20,000 bases of DNA from an uncultured virus (IMG/VR IMGVR_UViG_3300008624_000002) (IMGVR_UViG_3300008624_000002), one strand, 5' to 3'. Numbered from the stretch's first letter, positions 1 to 8,109 are shown. The notes: generated from the letters alone by a model not told the origin. Numbers and translations: made by a program.

Positions 1-2
1 AC

Positions 3-191
3 ATGTCAAACTTGCAGACAGATGTTGATGATGCATCGGCATCTGCCCAAACACCAGGTGGTTCGAGCTCCAACACAGCTATGAATATTGATTCATCATC
101 ACATACAGATGTCCGCTATGAAAAGACTCCGGATATGATTGATAGAGGCCTTGAGTTTGCAACAGCAACTCCTTCTGGTAAACTTGGTTAA
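3..191 (+). CDS. 3' end of a gene entering from the left (Ser/Thr/Asn-rich C-terminus; possibly a late structural/tail protein)
   Basis: Frame is open from the window edge to TAA 189-191 and converges on the minus-strand block. Product is a guess from context only. Confidence 0.4.
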   Translation: MSNLQTDVDDASASAQTPGGSSSNTAMNIDSSSHTDVRYEKTPDMIDRGLEFATATPSGKLG

Positions 192-313
192 CTCTTATAC
201 TTTCTCTTTCGAGGAATAACTTTCGTTTTATCTTTATGCACCTGAGTAGATGCATGTGAAGGTGTTTCTTTACGAGACTTTAGTTCACGCTTTGTAGTTC
301 TTATTAATTTCAT
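188..313 (-). CDS. 41-aa basic peptide, ArfA-like ([41 protein letters not shown])
   Basis: Translated by hand. ATG at 313 overlaps the bS21 stop (TAATG); stop at 188-190. The C-terminal HKDKTKxxxRKRKYK resembles the ArfA basic motif. Confidence 0.65.
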   Translation of the reverse strand: MKLIRTTKRELKSRKETPSHASTQVHKDKTKVIPRKRKYKS

Positions 314-558
314 TAATACATCCAGCGTTGTCTAGGACGACTTTCTTTTTCTCGTTTGATGGCATCAAGCTTCTTCTTTCTTTTGAGTGCTTGATTCTTT
401 TGATTCTTTACGACATTTGGTTTAGTGTAGTATTGTCTATCTCTACATTCTTGAACTATACCTTTTCTCTCACAGGCCTTTTTAAACCTACGAAGAAGCT
501 GGTCGAAGTTTTCGACCCTTTTCGATTTTGGATGTCTTCTTGGCGAAACACTTGTCAT
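313..558 (-). CDS. rpsU: 30S ribosomal protein bS21 (phage-encoded)
   Basis: [12 protein letters not shown]...[15 protein letters not shown] is the bS21 signature; basic C-terminal helix ending RQRWMY. Confidence 0.93.
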   Translation of the reverse strand: MTSVSPRRHPKSKRVENFDQLLRRFKKACERKGIVQECRDRQYYTKPNVVKNQKNQALKRKKKLDAIKREKESRPRQRWMY

Positions 559-575
559 AATTCATTTTCTTAAAT

Positions 576-730
576 GGTGTGAAGTCGCCCCAACGCTTAC
601 AGCAACCCGCTCTTCACCGATTATCCCGCTTGATTTTGCCGATAATCTTTCCCCTACTTCGATACCCCCATATCCACGGCCGAAGTCTGTAGTTGCAATC
701 AAAGGACACATTATAAACACAACTACACCC
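576..730 (-). ncRNA. Putative structured RNA/leader of four abutting stem-loops between gp32 and bS21
   Basis: Inverted repeats 688-695/720-727, 656-661/681-686, 619-625/641-647 and 579-584/612-617; GC-richer than the flanks; no long ORF. Confidence 0.6.
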
Positions 731-738
731 TATAGAAA

Positions 739-1644
739 TTAGCTTTCTGTAGCTAACTTCTTAAAGTAATCCATCGCATTATCTTCATCTGAATCACCTA
801 CCGATGTAGATTCCGCTGATGAGATTACAGGTTCTTCTGCTACTGTTTCAGTATTCACGCCAGACCATGGCACTTCTTCCATGTCTTCAGCAACTGATTC
901 AGCAGTAGAGTTTGCAACGCCACCTGATAGTCCAAGAACTCTATCGAGTTTTGTTTTCAAGTCTTCATATGACTTGAACTGGTCAGGTGAAATTATATCC
1001 GTTAATGAATGAGTTGAATTATTTATATCATTCAACTGATTTTCATCATCAAAAAGTGGTGCTTGGGCATCGAATTCTGACTTGTCATAGTTCCAATAAC
1101 CATCTACTTTTCTGATTTTGATTTTGAAGTTCGCACCTTCTTCTCTTAAGTCGAAAGGATTGATAGCACTCTCATCTTCAAATGCAGGAGAGATTGCCTC
1201 TTTTAGCATTTCAAAGATTTTTTTACCATAACGGTACATGAACACTTTACCTTCATTATCAGGATTTTTAGGGTCAGAAACAACATAGATGTTTGACACA
1301 TAATGAAGTCTACGCTTCTGTTTACGAGCCAATTCTCTGTTTGCTTCTATTCCAGTGTTCCACAACGAGGTGTTGTAGTCACTTACAGGGTCTTTCTTAC
1401 CAATGGTAGTCAAAGACTTTTCAATATACCATCCACCTGGACCTTGAAATCCATGGTCGAAGTAAGATACCCATGGCATCTCTTCGTCATTTGGTGTTGG
1501 TAAGAAACGAACTACTGCGTATCCGTTACCACTCTTATCGAGTTCTGGTTTCCAGTAGTTATCATCGTTGTAGGATTTTTTATCACCTTGAGCTGGTGAT
1601 GCAGACTCCATGGCCTGTCTAAGCTTATCTAAAGATGTTGACAT
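739..1644 (-). CDS. 32: T4-like single-stranded DNA-binding protein gp32
   Basis: WKPELDKSGNGYAVVRFLP, HGFQGPGGWYIE, GKVFMYRYGKKIF, GANFKIKIRKVDGYWNYDKSEF; acidic tail ending YFKKLA. Confidence 0.97.
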   Translation of the reverse strand: MSTSLDKLRQAMESASPAQGDKKSYNDDNYWKPELDKSGNGYAVVRFLPTPNDEEMPWVSYFDHGFQGPGGWYIEKSLTTIGKKDPVSDYNTSLWNTGIEANRELARKQKRRLHYVSNIYVVSDPKNPDNEGKVFMYRYGKKIFEMLKEAISPAFEDESAINPFDLREEGANFKIKIRKVDGYWNYDKSEFDAQAPLFDDENQLNDINNSTHSLTDIISPDQFKSYEDLKTKLDRVLGLSGGVANSTAESVAEDMEEVPWSGVNTETVAEEPVISSAESTSVGDSDEDNAMDYFKKLATES

Positions 1645-1690
1645 TGTATTCTCCTTGTATTAACAATTGTATTGCATCGTATCGCATCTT
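1644..1690 (-). promoter_or_regulatory. gp32 leader with tandem AATACAA repeats flanking the SD (AAGGAG); probable translational autoregulation operator
   Basis: AATACAA at 1644-1650, 1655-1661 and 1667-1673, plus variant GATACGA at 1677-1683 (minus strand). Confidence 0.6.
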
Positions 1691-1691
1691 A

Positions 1692-2438
1692 TTATAACTC
1701 GGATTCAAAGCACGCCGTGCCGAGAATCCACCTATCATCGATATTAAATCGAGATATAATTCCATTATACTCAATCTTATCGAATCCGTCAATGGGGTTT
1801 TTGAAAAATAACTCCACATCTGGATACTCCTTATTTATGTGTTCCAACAACGCAATAAATTGTGCTTGTTGCGGTCTTCCCACACCTGAGTTCTCTTCTG
1901 TATAGACTGTATTGTATGTATAACAATCATCTGGTCCATATATGTTTTGTAAATCTCCGAACTGTAATGAATCATATCCTAATAAACATATCTTATTATG
2001 TCCATGGTGGACAGCATATCCTAATGCATATATTCCAGCAAAGGTGTTCTTGAGGAGTTCATTTGTATATATAACTATGTTGTTGACATAGGAAAAAGAA
2101 TATCCAATCATATAACTCCTCTGTCCTTCTCCCCTATAATTCTCTCCTTGGACTACAAATCTATCATCGTCTGGCAATCGATTCTCTACTACTTCTCCTG
2201 GCAATCCGTGTTTCATCATGTCCCACATCTCCATAGGAATCTCATTCCACTCGCCTACGCAGACTCTATGTTTCTTATACCATTGGTCTGTAATCATTTC
2301 ATTCTGAGGTGCAACATCTTGAACAAACAATAAGTCTGGTGTGTAGTCACGATATATCATATTCATTCCCCACCAATTGTCTAATTCGTTTAAATCGACA
2401 TTCTTTCTTGATGGTCCATTTCCGACTAGGTAGAGCAT
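1692..2438 (-). CDS. Hypothetical protein with N-terminal VGNGPSR Rossmann-like motif (MptE/Maf/glycosyltransferase-like)
   Basis: LVGNGPSR...WGMNMIYRD..PDLLF..D and ICLLGYD motifs, typical of this phage family. Confidence 0.6.
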   Translation of the reverse strand: MLYLVGNGPSRKNVDLNELDNWWGMNMIYRDYTPDLLFVQDVAPQNEMITDQWYKKHRVCVGEWNEIPMEMWDMMKHGLPGEVVENRLPDDDRFVVQGENYRGEGQRSYMIGYSFSYVNNIVIYTNELLKNTFAGIYALGYAVHHGHNKICLLGYDSLQFGDLQNIYGPDDCYTYNTVYTEENSGVGRPQQAQFIALLEHINKEYPDVELFFKNPIDGFDKIEYNGIISRFNIDDRWILGTACFESEL

Positions 2439-3019
2439 AGTTTTATTAGTTTCTGTTTGTAAGTATTCTTGTTATAAGATATAAATGATTTATACTTATT
2501 AATTTTGTTTATCGTTTCTGGATATATCAATGTTTCGGTAATCAGTGTGTTCCACTTCTTACTGTATTCTGTTATATCATCTAGAATACACATTGTTTCT
2601 AAAGATATCTTCTTACCTAAGAACTGTTTCAAGAGATAAGGGTGTTGTCCCTTATTGACTGTTAGTACCTCTTGTATAGTTTTCTTCTCTAATAGTTTTG
2701 TGACATCTTGTTCGAACTGATAAGTGAGTCGTTGGTTTCTTTTCTTCCATTCTAAGTATACTTTCTTAGATTCGTTATCAAGTAAATCTCCCACCCACTT
2801 ATCCTTTAATGATAAGTTTGCAACATAGAAATTTAGTAGTTCACTCTTGTATAATCTTGAGAGTTTACCAAAGTGAAATCTGTCATTGCGTTTCAGGAAG
2901 GAGGGTAAGTCTGCTTTGACTTTACCGTTATACTTTATAAAGTCATATGACTCAGAATGAAAATGTAATTTTATTCCGAGATATAACTGATAACTATCAA
3001 ATCCTTCCCGACTTGACAT
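2426..3019 (-). CDS. 59: T4-like helicase loader gp59
   Basis: YLGIKLHF..SYDFIKYNGK, FLKRNDRFHF.KL, ISLETMCILD; located between 33 and 32. Confidence 0.93.
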   Translation of the reverse strand: MSSREGFDSYQLYLGIKLHFHSESYDFIKYNGKVKADLPSFLKRNDRFHFGKLSRLYKSELLNFYVANLSLKDKWVGDLLDNESKKVYLEWKKRNQRLTYQFEQDVTKLLEKKTIQEVLTVNKGQHPYLLKQFLGKKISLETMCILDDITEYSKKWNTLITETLIYPETINKINKYKSFISYNKNTYKQKLIKLCST

Positions 3020-3324
3020 TACTTATCTACTATAATGTTCTTTGGTGCTACTTTTATTTTTGATACAGCAGTTCTATAAGCTTCTTGAACTTGTTCATTC
3101 GTTTCTGTGGTAAACACAAAGTTTTCGATGAGCATCCAGGTTGGGTCTTTAACACCGGTAACTGCTACACCTTGAGCAAAACCCATTCCGCCGCCTTCTG
3201 GCATCTGAACTATCATTCTTGGGTCTTGTAGTTTTATACAGTTATGTGCTTGTGGACTATCTGTATACACACCAATATATTCACCACTTACGGTGACTAC
3301 TGTTATGATATCGCCTTCTTTCAT
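3019..3324 (-). CDS. Hypothetical protein, Sm/LSm-like fold predicted
   Basis: GDIITVVTVSGEYIG...IKLQDPR beta pattern; coupled to gp59 by TAATG. Confidence 0.55.
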   Translation of the reverse strand: MKEGDIITVVTVSGEYIGVYTDSPQAHNCIKLQDPRMIVQMPEGGGMGFAQGVAVTGVKDPTWMLIENFVFTTETNEQVQEAYRTAVSKIKVAPKNIIVDK

Positions 3325-3334
3325 AATCTATCCT

Positions 3335-3571
3335 TTATTTTGAGATAAAACTTTCTAATGAACCACGACTTGCTTTATCTCTATTGATAAGTTTAAGTCT
3401 TTCTGCTTCCGCAGTCAACTTCTCTTTCAATGGGACTGAAAGTAATCGTTTTGCACCTTCCGGTTCTACTCCGTTTTTTTCACACACCAAGAGTATTGCA
3501 CTCATGATATCCGTCCTACTACCAACAAGTAATTTCTCCACTTGTTCTGTAAATTCTTTTCTACTAATCAT
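3335..3571 (-). CDS. 33: Late-transcription coactivator gp33
   Basis: F...VEKL...IMSAIL.VCEKNGVE.E...RLLS.PLKEKL..EAERLKLI; start set at MISRKEF. Confidence 0.9.
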   Translation of the reverse strand: MISRKEFTEQVEKLLVGSRTDIMSAILLVCEKNGVEPEGAKRLLSVPLKEKLTAEAERLKLINRDKASRGSLESFISK

Positions 3572-4172
3572 TCTTAAATTTTCCTTCACGGAACCAAAGA
3601 TTAAATGCGTATTTCTCTCCTATAATTACAGGTAATCCTGCGTGTTGAGACATATCATCTCTCTCATTCGTTTCCATGTTTACATTATACCACGAGACAA
3701 CTGTTCCTGCTCTAGGGTGAACACTAAGTCCATGGTGACAAAATCCTGTTTCACCACCTTGAGGTACATCTCGTAAGTAACCTAAAACGGTCAATATTCT
3801 TTGACCTCCTGTTTTCACATAGTCTTTATTATATGATTCATCACTTTCATGGAAACTATCATGATGATAATCATATAATTGACCTTCTTCATAATGTACC
3901 ACTTGAAAGGGTTCGGCATTTTCTAAAGGCATACGAACCATTTGTGAAATTCTGTTTGCGACATTCTCAATCAAAGGAGATGCATCGTGTTCTAACCATG
4001 TGTTTGAACCTGTTCTTCCTTTGTGTTTCTGTCCTTTACCATCTGAACTAATTACATCAGCTGGTTTTAAATTCTGCCATGTATGTGCGAGTATTTCTTC
4101 ACACTCCTCTATAGATATAAAGTTGTGGACAACTGAGAAGGCTAACTTCTCATTGTTGTATACATTTATCAT
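3564..4172 (-). CDS. 2OG-Fe(II) oxygenase, prolyl 4-hydroxylase-like
   Basis: EPFQVVHY..GQ.YDYHHD, GGQRILTVLGYL.DV..GGETGF, HAGLPV..GEKY.FNLW. Confidence 0.9.
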   Translation of the reverse strand: MINVYNNEKLAFSVVHNFISIEECEEILAHTWQNLKPADVISSDGKGQKHKGRTGSNTWLEHDASPLIENVANRISQMVRMPLENAEPFQVVHYEEGQLYDYHHDSFHESDESYNKDYVKTGGQRILTVLGYLRDVPQGGETGFCHHGLSVHPRAGTVVSWYNVNMETNERDDMSQHAGLPVIIGEKYAFNLWFREGKFKND

Positions 4173-4852
4173 AAACCGTAGAGATTTCTATACTGTTCTC
4201 TCAATTGCATCAAGTCTTCTATATGGTCACTTGGTTTAGATATGAAGATTTGAAATGTATTCATACCTTCTACACCAACTATTGCAATTAAATCTTCTAT
4301 AGGTTTACCAGTTAATTCTTCTACCATGATTGCATATGCAGTCATTTGAATATACCACTGTTTCGCCATATAGTCTTCTTTTGGTTTAGAGGAAGATTTA
4401 AAATCTATAATCGCTAACTTATTATTAAACAAACCAACGCAGTCAACTCGACCTGCCATCTGTAATTCATTTGAAAATAGTGGTGCTTCTAAAGATATTG
4501 GAATGATTTCATCGAGAACTGGTTGAACTGCTCTGAACATTCCTTCTTGAATAACATTTTGGAACTCTATAAACTCTTTTTCTTTTCTAAGATAGTCTTC
4601 AATATTTTGGTGAAAGATAGTGCCTCTCTTCGTGGCTTGTGAAGTGATTTTATTTGCCTCTTCTTCGCCTACTCGTTCTCTCCATAACTTGATATGTTTT
4701 CGACTATGTAAACCTGTCACGGTTGTGACACTAGGATATTTTATTGTCTTGGTTGAATCGGTGTAGTATCTCTGACCATTCTCTGAGATAGTATCTAATT
4801 GTAAATCTTCCAATTCATGTAATTCTAATAGAGTGGTTTTCAATTTTGTCAT
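4169..4852 (-). CDS. PD-(D/E)XK (Cas4/RecB-like) exonuclease of T4-like phages
   Basis: YPSVTTV, WRERVGEEEAN, RGT.FH, AGRVDC, IIDFKSS, YIQMTAYA.M. Confidence 0.88.
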   Translation of the reverse strand: MTKLKTTLLELHELEDLQLDTISENGQRYYTDSTKTIKYPSVTTVTGLHSRKHIKLWRERVGEEEANKITSQATKRGTIFHQNIEDYLRKEKEFIEFQNVIQEGMFRAVQPVLDEIIPISLEAPLFSNELQMAGRVDCVGLFNNKLAIIDFKSSSKPKEDYMAKQWYIQMTAYAIMVEELTGKPIEDLIAIVGVEGMNTFQIFISKPSDHIEDLMQLREQYRNLYGL

Positions 4853-4858
4853 AGGTCC

Positions 4859-4887
4859 ATGGTACTATGTTTTACTCTGAATGTCTA
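4859..4887 (-). promoter_or_regulatory. Sigma70-type promoter TAGACA-N17-TACCAT, ATG 6 nt downstream
   Basis: -35 at 4882-4887 and -10 at 4859-4864; the same tagTACCATgg core occurs at 7502 and 13291. Confidence 0.65.
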
Positions 4888-5170
4888 CATGCTTTTTGAT
4901 AGTCTTTACCGATTTTTCTCTTTTGATATCTTTCGAACCATGTTTTGCATGAAGTTCAGAGCCTGGGTGTGAATCACCAATCTTGTTTAGAACATCTTTA
5001 AACCCACCATCAAGTTTGACACGGTCACCATGACCACCTACGATACTAGGTGCAGTTATCTGTTGTTGAAGATGAGGACATTCTTCTTTAAATTCATCTA
5101 GGTCTTTATAACTCATAAAGTGTTCTTCCACTTCACCAGTTATAGTATTCAAAAACTCATATGTTGGCAT
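4865..5170 (-). CDS. FmdB-like small protein (zinc-ribbon Cys largely lost)
   Basis: MPTYEF.N..TGEV.E.FMS...; GFKDVL.KI...HPGS. Confidence 0.7.
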   Translation of the reverse strand: MPTYEFLNTITGEVEEHFMSYKDLDEFKEECPHLQQQITAPSIVGGHGDRVKLDGGFKDVLNKIGDSHPGSELHAKHGSKDIKREKSVKTIKKHVDIQSKT

Positions 5171-5361
5171 TAATCTTCTATCACTTTTCTTTCTGGTAGA
5201 TTATCTTCAACCATCTGTATAACATCGTCTTTAGAGTACCAAAGACTACTATACATTTGTTTACTACCATCAAATTTCCATTCAACATGATATCTTTTAT
5301 AACCGAAAGGTCTATCTGAATAGATTTGAACATCTCCGTAGTTTGCTACTAATAATCTCAT
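5170..5361 (-). CDS. Hypothetical protein (63 aa)
   Basis: Start moved to MRLLVANYG (5361), 5 nt after ATAAATA; this removes the overlap with the upstream gene. Confidence 0.65.
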   Translation of the reverse strand: MRLLVANYGDVQIYSDRPFGYKRYHVEWKFDGSKQMYSSLWYSKDDVIQMVEDNLPERKVIED

Positions 5362-5369
5362 AGTATTAT

Positions 5370-5657
5370 TTATGGTGTTTGTAAATCTTGTATTTCTTGT
5401 AAATACTTCTCTACATTCTTCCAAGAAAGATAACCAATAACATCTTGTGTTATAGGTGTATGATAAGTTATCTCTTCTTCTGCATCTAGAACTGCAAGTT
5501 CCCAAAGACCATCTTTACCACCATAACTATAATCGTGTTTGACTACACTCGCACCATAACCATTAGGGAATGAATACTTGTGTTGTAAACCACCAAGGAA
5601 ATAATTTGTATTCTTTAGATGTTCTCTAAATTTATTTTTCTCTAAGTTCTCTTTCAT
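5370..5657 (-). CDS. Conserved phage hypothetical protein (FPNGYGASV family)
   Basis: [26 protein letters not shown] motif. Confidence 0.75.
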   Translation of the reverse strand: MKENLEKNKFREHLKNTNYFLGGLQHKYSFPNGYGASVVKHDYSYGGKDGLWELAVLDAEEEITYHTPITQDVIGYLSWKNVEKYLQEIQDLQTP

Positions 5658-5763
5658 ACTTTATATTACCGTCTCTATTCCATTCAATCTTTTCTTTAAA
5701 GAGTCTTATTTCTTCCTTGATTAACGACTCGTTCATATTTTCTTTTGATAATTCTTTTCTCAT
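5632..5763 (-). CDS. 43-aa charged hypothetical peptide
   Basis: [47 protein letters not shown] overlap with the SleB gene stop. Confidence 0.5.
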   Translation of the reverse strand: MRKELSKENMNESLIKEEIRLFKEKIEWNRDGNIKYERELREK

Positions 5764-6272
5764 TTGTAAAATTTATGTTCGTTAATAACTACAGTTTCAT
5801 TTAATGAATCTGCCCAATAAGGGTTCACACGAGTAGCATGATAATGAGTTGCACCTTCTGTAATGTCGGCCCAAGCACCATCTTGTATATCTCTTGCAAT
5901 CCTTAAAACTTCTAACCAGGTCTTCGTGTCTAATGGTACATCTGACTTACCATCACAAAACCAACTGAACTGACATTGATTGCGAACTGGTATCATTTCG
6001 CCTTGCCAACTCTCTCTCATTTTCGCCTGATAAACAACACCACAAATATTGTTTGGATAAGACCTGTGTTCTAATCTATTCAATACAACATGTGCTACTG
6101 CAATCTTACCAGCGAGTGGTTGATTACCTGCCTCAAAATAAATGTTTTGTGCAAGGCAGAATGTATCACCATTTTCATCAGACGCCTTAACTGTAGACGG
6201 AAATAATAATAAGAACATCAATAATGCTCCGAAACCCATTCCATATAGGAATGCTTTATATGCTTTAGTCAT
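5760..6272 (-). CDS. Cell wall hydrolase, SleB/Hydrolase_2 family, with N-terminal signal/TM segment
   Basis: CLAQNIYFEA.NQ...G..AVAHVVLNR, CQFSWFCDGKSD, GATHYHA..V.P.WA, H.FY. Confidence 0.92.
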   Translation of the reverse strand: MTKAYKAFLYGMGFGALLMFLLLFPSTVKASDENGDTFCLAQNIYFEAGNQPLAGKIAVAHVVLNRLEHRSYPNNICGVVYQAKMRESWQGEMIPVRNQCQFSWFCDGKSDVPLDTKTWLEVLRIARDIQDGAWADITEGATHYHATRVNPYWADSLNETVVINEHKFYK

Positions 6273-6273
6273 A

Positions 6274-6495
6274 CTACGCCTCTATAGTTTTTGTCCACTG
6301 AACAAAGACATGTTTTGCTTCATCTTTATTCAAGTCATAGTTATCTTGTAACCAACGAGGAGCGCCAAACATATTCATTGTAGCACTTTCTCGTAAGTAA
6401 TCTAACTCTTGAAAGAAGATTTCCATATCGTCTATTAAGTGGTTAAAATTATTTATCATCATATTACCATCCTGATGTCCAATGGACATATTCAT
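6274..6495 (-). CDS. Hypothetical protein (LD.LRES...NMFGA family); true start may be ~6463
   Basis: ORF in the gene chain; motif common in phage small proteins. Confidence 0.65.
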   Translation of the reverse strand: MNMSIGHQDGNMMINNFNHLIDDMEIFFQELDYLRESATMNMFGAPRWLQDNYDLNKDEAKHVFVQWTKTIEA

Positions 6496-6682
6496 CTTTA
6501 CAGTTTAATTCACCACAAATACATTCACCGTCTTGTAGTTCAATTTCTTCTATCGCAAACTCACTTGGATGTTTTACACCATATTTCTCTAAGTTGTAAA
6601 CTTCTTCTGGTGTGAGTTTATCATCACTAGTATCTGATAAGATTCTGTGATGTGTTTCTAAAAAAGGTTTATTTACACTCAT
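6464..6682 (-). CDS. Hypothetical protein with C-terminal CxC...C...H motif
   Basis: ATGA coupling to the upstream gene; CICGELNCKDEYVHW. Confidence 0.65.
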   Translation of the reverse strand: MSVNKPFLETHHRILSDTSDDKLTPEEVYNLEKYGVKHPSEFAIEEIELQDGECICGELNCKDEYVHWTSGW

Positions 6683-7074
6683 AAGAACAACTCGTCTTCT
6701 TCTGGAACATCATGCCATTTTGCATACACAAGACTTTCTCCAGATTTAGCGAAAAGTTTTAATGCCAAATCAGCAGCAAGAGAATCGTTGTAATTCTTCC
6801 CGCCAACATTCCATGTTATCTTTTCGTAATCATCACCAAAGTTTCTTGCGTAATGCCAGTCATAAAGAGCGAATGTGCCAGTGTCCCAACCTTCTTCATC
6901 GTCATTGACTTCGTAATCAATGCAGAACTCAGTTGTGATTTTATCGCCGTTTCCGCAAAAGGCAGGTTCACCGAACATTGTTTCTAACTCATTGTAAGTA
7001 GCAAAGATATTTCCTTTTAATGAACCGCCTGCACTTGTCTCAGTGCAAGGTATAAATTGTATTGTTTGTGCCAT
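6679..7074 (-). CDS. Hypothetical protein (131 aa)
   Basis: Start at MAQTIQF via TAATG overlap; SLKG...ATY.EL...FGEP...DK...E...F.LYDW...WNVGG phage motif. Confidence 0.75.
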   Translation of the reverse strand: MAQTIQFIPCTETSAGGSLKGNIFATYNELETMFGEPAFCGNGDKITTEFCIDYEVNDDEEGWDTGTFALYDWHYARNFGDDYEKITWNVGGKNYNDSLAADLALKLFAKSGESLVYAKWHDVPEEDELFL

Positions 7075-7463
7075 TACACGAACCTCCCATTTCTTTTTCC
7101 ACCTGCTGAATATCCTGAAATGTAACCAGGACCGTACATGGTTCTTCTGGTAACAGTGAAACCATCGAAGAGATTTCCTCTTGGTCTGTTTAGGGCGGGT
7201 GCCCTCCATCCACTAGCTTTTAGAACATCACCTTCTTTGAAAGTGATTCCGCAAAGGCCTTTTTTGAATTCGGCAATGTTAATGAAACCCCATACAGAAC
7301 CCCCACCTTTGTGAGCGTTGTCGTATGAGACGATTTTGATGTATTTTTTACCGACTTTTGGTGCGTAGTGAGCACCATTGTCCATGCAATGTTTGTATTC
7401 ACCGCAAAGAGTATTTGTGAGGTCTTCACAAAGTTTGTCGACTAGAACATTTAAGTCTTTCAT
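7074..7463 (-). CDS. Conserved phage early hypothetical protein
   Basis: SD AAGGAG before MKDLNV; GKKYIKIV...SVWGFI...GDVLKA.GW.APA..RPRGN motif. Confidence 0.8.
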   Translation of the reverse strand: MKDLNVLVDKLCEDLTNTLCGEYKHCMDNGAHYAPKVGKKYIKIVSYDNAHKGGGSVWGFINIAEFKKGLCGITFKEGDVLKASGWRAPALNRPRGNLFDGFTVTRRTMYGPGYISGYSAGGKRNGRFV

Positions 7464-7501
7464 ATTTTGTCTCCTTTTAGTATTATTCTCATCATGTATC
7501 C

Positions 7502-7534
7502 ATGGTACTAAAAAGTGAGGCCCATTGTCAACCC
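7502..7534 (-). promoter_or_regulatory. Early promoter TTGACA-N18-TACCAT
   Basis: -35 at 7526-7531 and -10 at 7502-7507; 24/25-nt identity with 19161-19185. Confidence 0.8.
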
Positions 7535-7785
7535 TTTTGTTCAAGATAACCGAGAACTGCTTTGCGTTCTAAGTCCGTGAAACTACTAACATCTTTGAAT
7601 CTTGCCCATGGTGTTCCGAATGTAACCATCTTATTACCTGCTGTCACAGCGGCGTTCCATAACAAATCATCCTTTGGATATAACTCATTCTTCTCGCATA
7701 AAGTTATTAATTCTCTACCCATATCGACTATTTTCTTTGTTGCTGGGCTATCTCCATAATAAGAAAACTGCTTAATTTTTTGCAC
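7528..7785 (-). CDS. Hypothetical protein
   Basis: GTG start with AAGGAG SD, downstream of the promoter at 7818-7847. Confidence 0.7.
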   Translation of the reverse strand: MQKIKQFSYYGDSPATKKIVDMGRELITLCEKNELYPKDDLLWNAAVTAGNKMVTFGTPWARFKDVSSFTDLERKAVLGYLEQKG

Positions 7786-7817
7786 TTTTGTACTCCTTGT
7801 ATAATATATTAGATACT

Positions 7818-7855
7818 ATTGTATCAAAAAATTGTACCTGGACTCAAGTGGTTTT
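7818..7855 (-). promoter_or_regulatory. Promoter AAAACCAC-TTGAGT-N18-TACAAT
   Basis: -35-like at 7842-7847 and -10 at 7818-7823; upstream CCAC shared with other promoters here. Confidence 0.55.
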
Positions 7856-8105
7856 ATAAGTTTTTCTGTAGTTCGTCTAATTCTTTTAGTTTCTTGGTGA
7901 GAATATCTAATCTGTTAGGCCAGTAGATATAATCTTTGTCTGAATCTTTAGCAAGATTCTCTAAAAGGGGTCTGATAAAGTTATCTAGTTTAGTGATAAC
8001 TTCTGTTGCGGTTGTTGTCTTTTCTACAATCTTTGTATCTACAGATGCAAGTTCATCTGCATCCATAGCTGTAAAACCGAAGTCGTTGTATTCTATATCT
8101 GCCAT
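7854..8105 (-). CDS. Conserved hypothetical protein of marine T4-like phages
   Basis: DFGFTA...PLL.NL......DYIYWPNR motif; preceded by CTAAATA-N5-ATG. Confidence 0.75.
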   Translation of the reverse strand: MADIEYNDFGFTAMDADELASVDTKIVEKTTTATEVITKLDNFIRPLLENLAKDSDKDYIYWPNRLDILTKKLKELDELQKNL

Positions 8106-8109
8106 AGGA

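Noticed and set aside
576..730. tRNA, CRISPR array or intrinsic terminator
   Set aside because: No cloverleaf or TpsiC loop; stems differ in sequence (no direct repeats with spacers); no U-tract.
4169..4852. CRISPR-associated Cas4
   Set aside because: Lacks the four-Cys Fe-S motif; no other cas genes or array; standard T4-like exonuclease.
5370..5763. Programmed frameshift fusing the 43-aa ORF with 5370-5657
   Set aside because: The downstream ORF has its own ATG; no canonical slippery heptamer or stimulatory structure seen.
7074..7544. Long N-terminal extensions in the ORF track (7544, 7209, 5505, 18221, 19080)
   Set aside because: They overlap promoters or other genes; internal starts have an SD or stop-start coupling.
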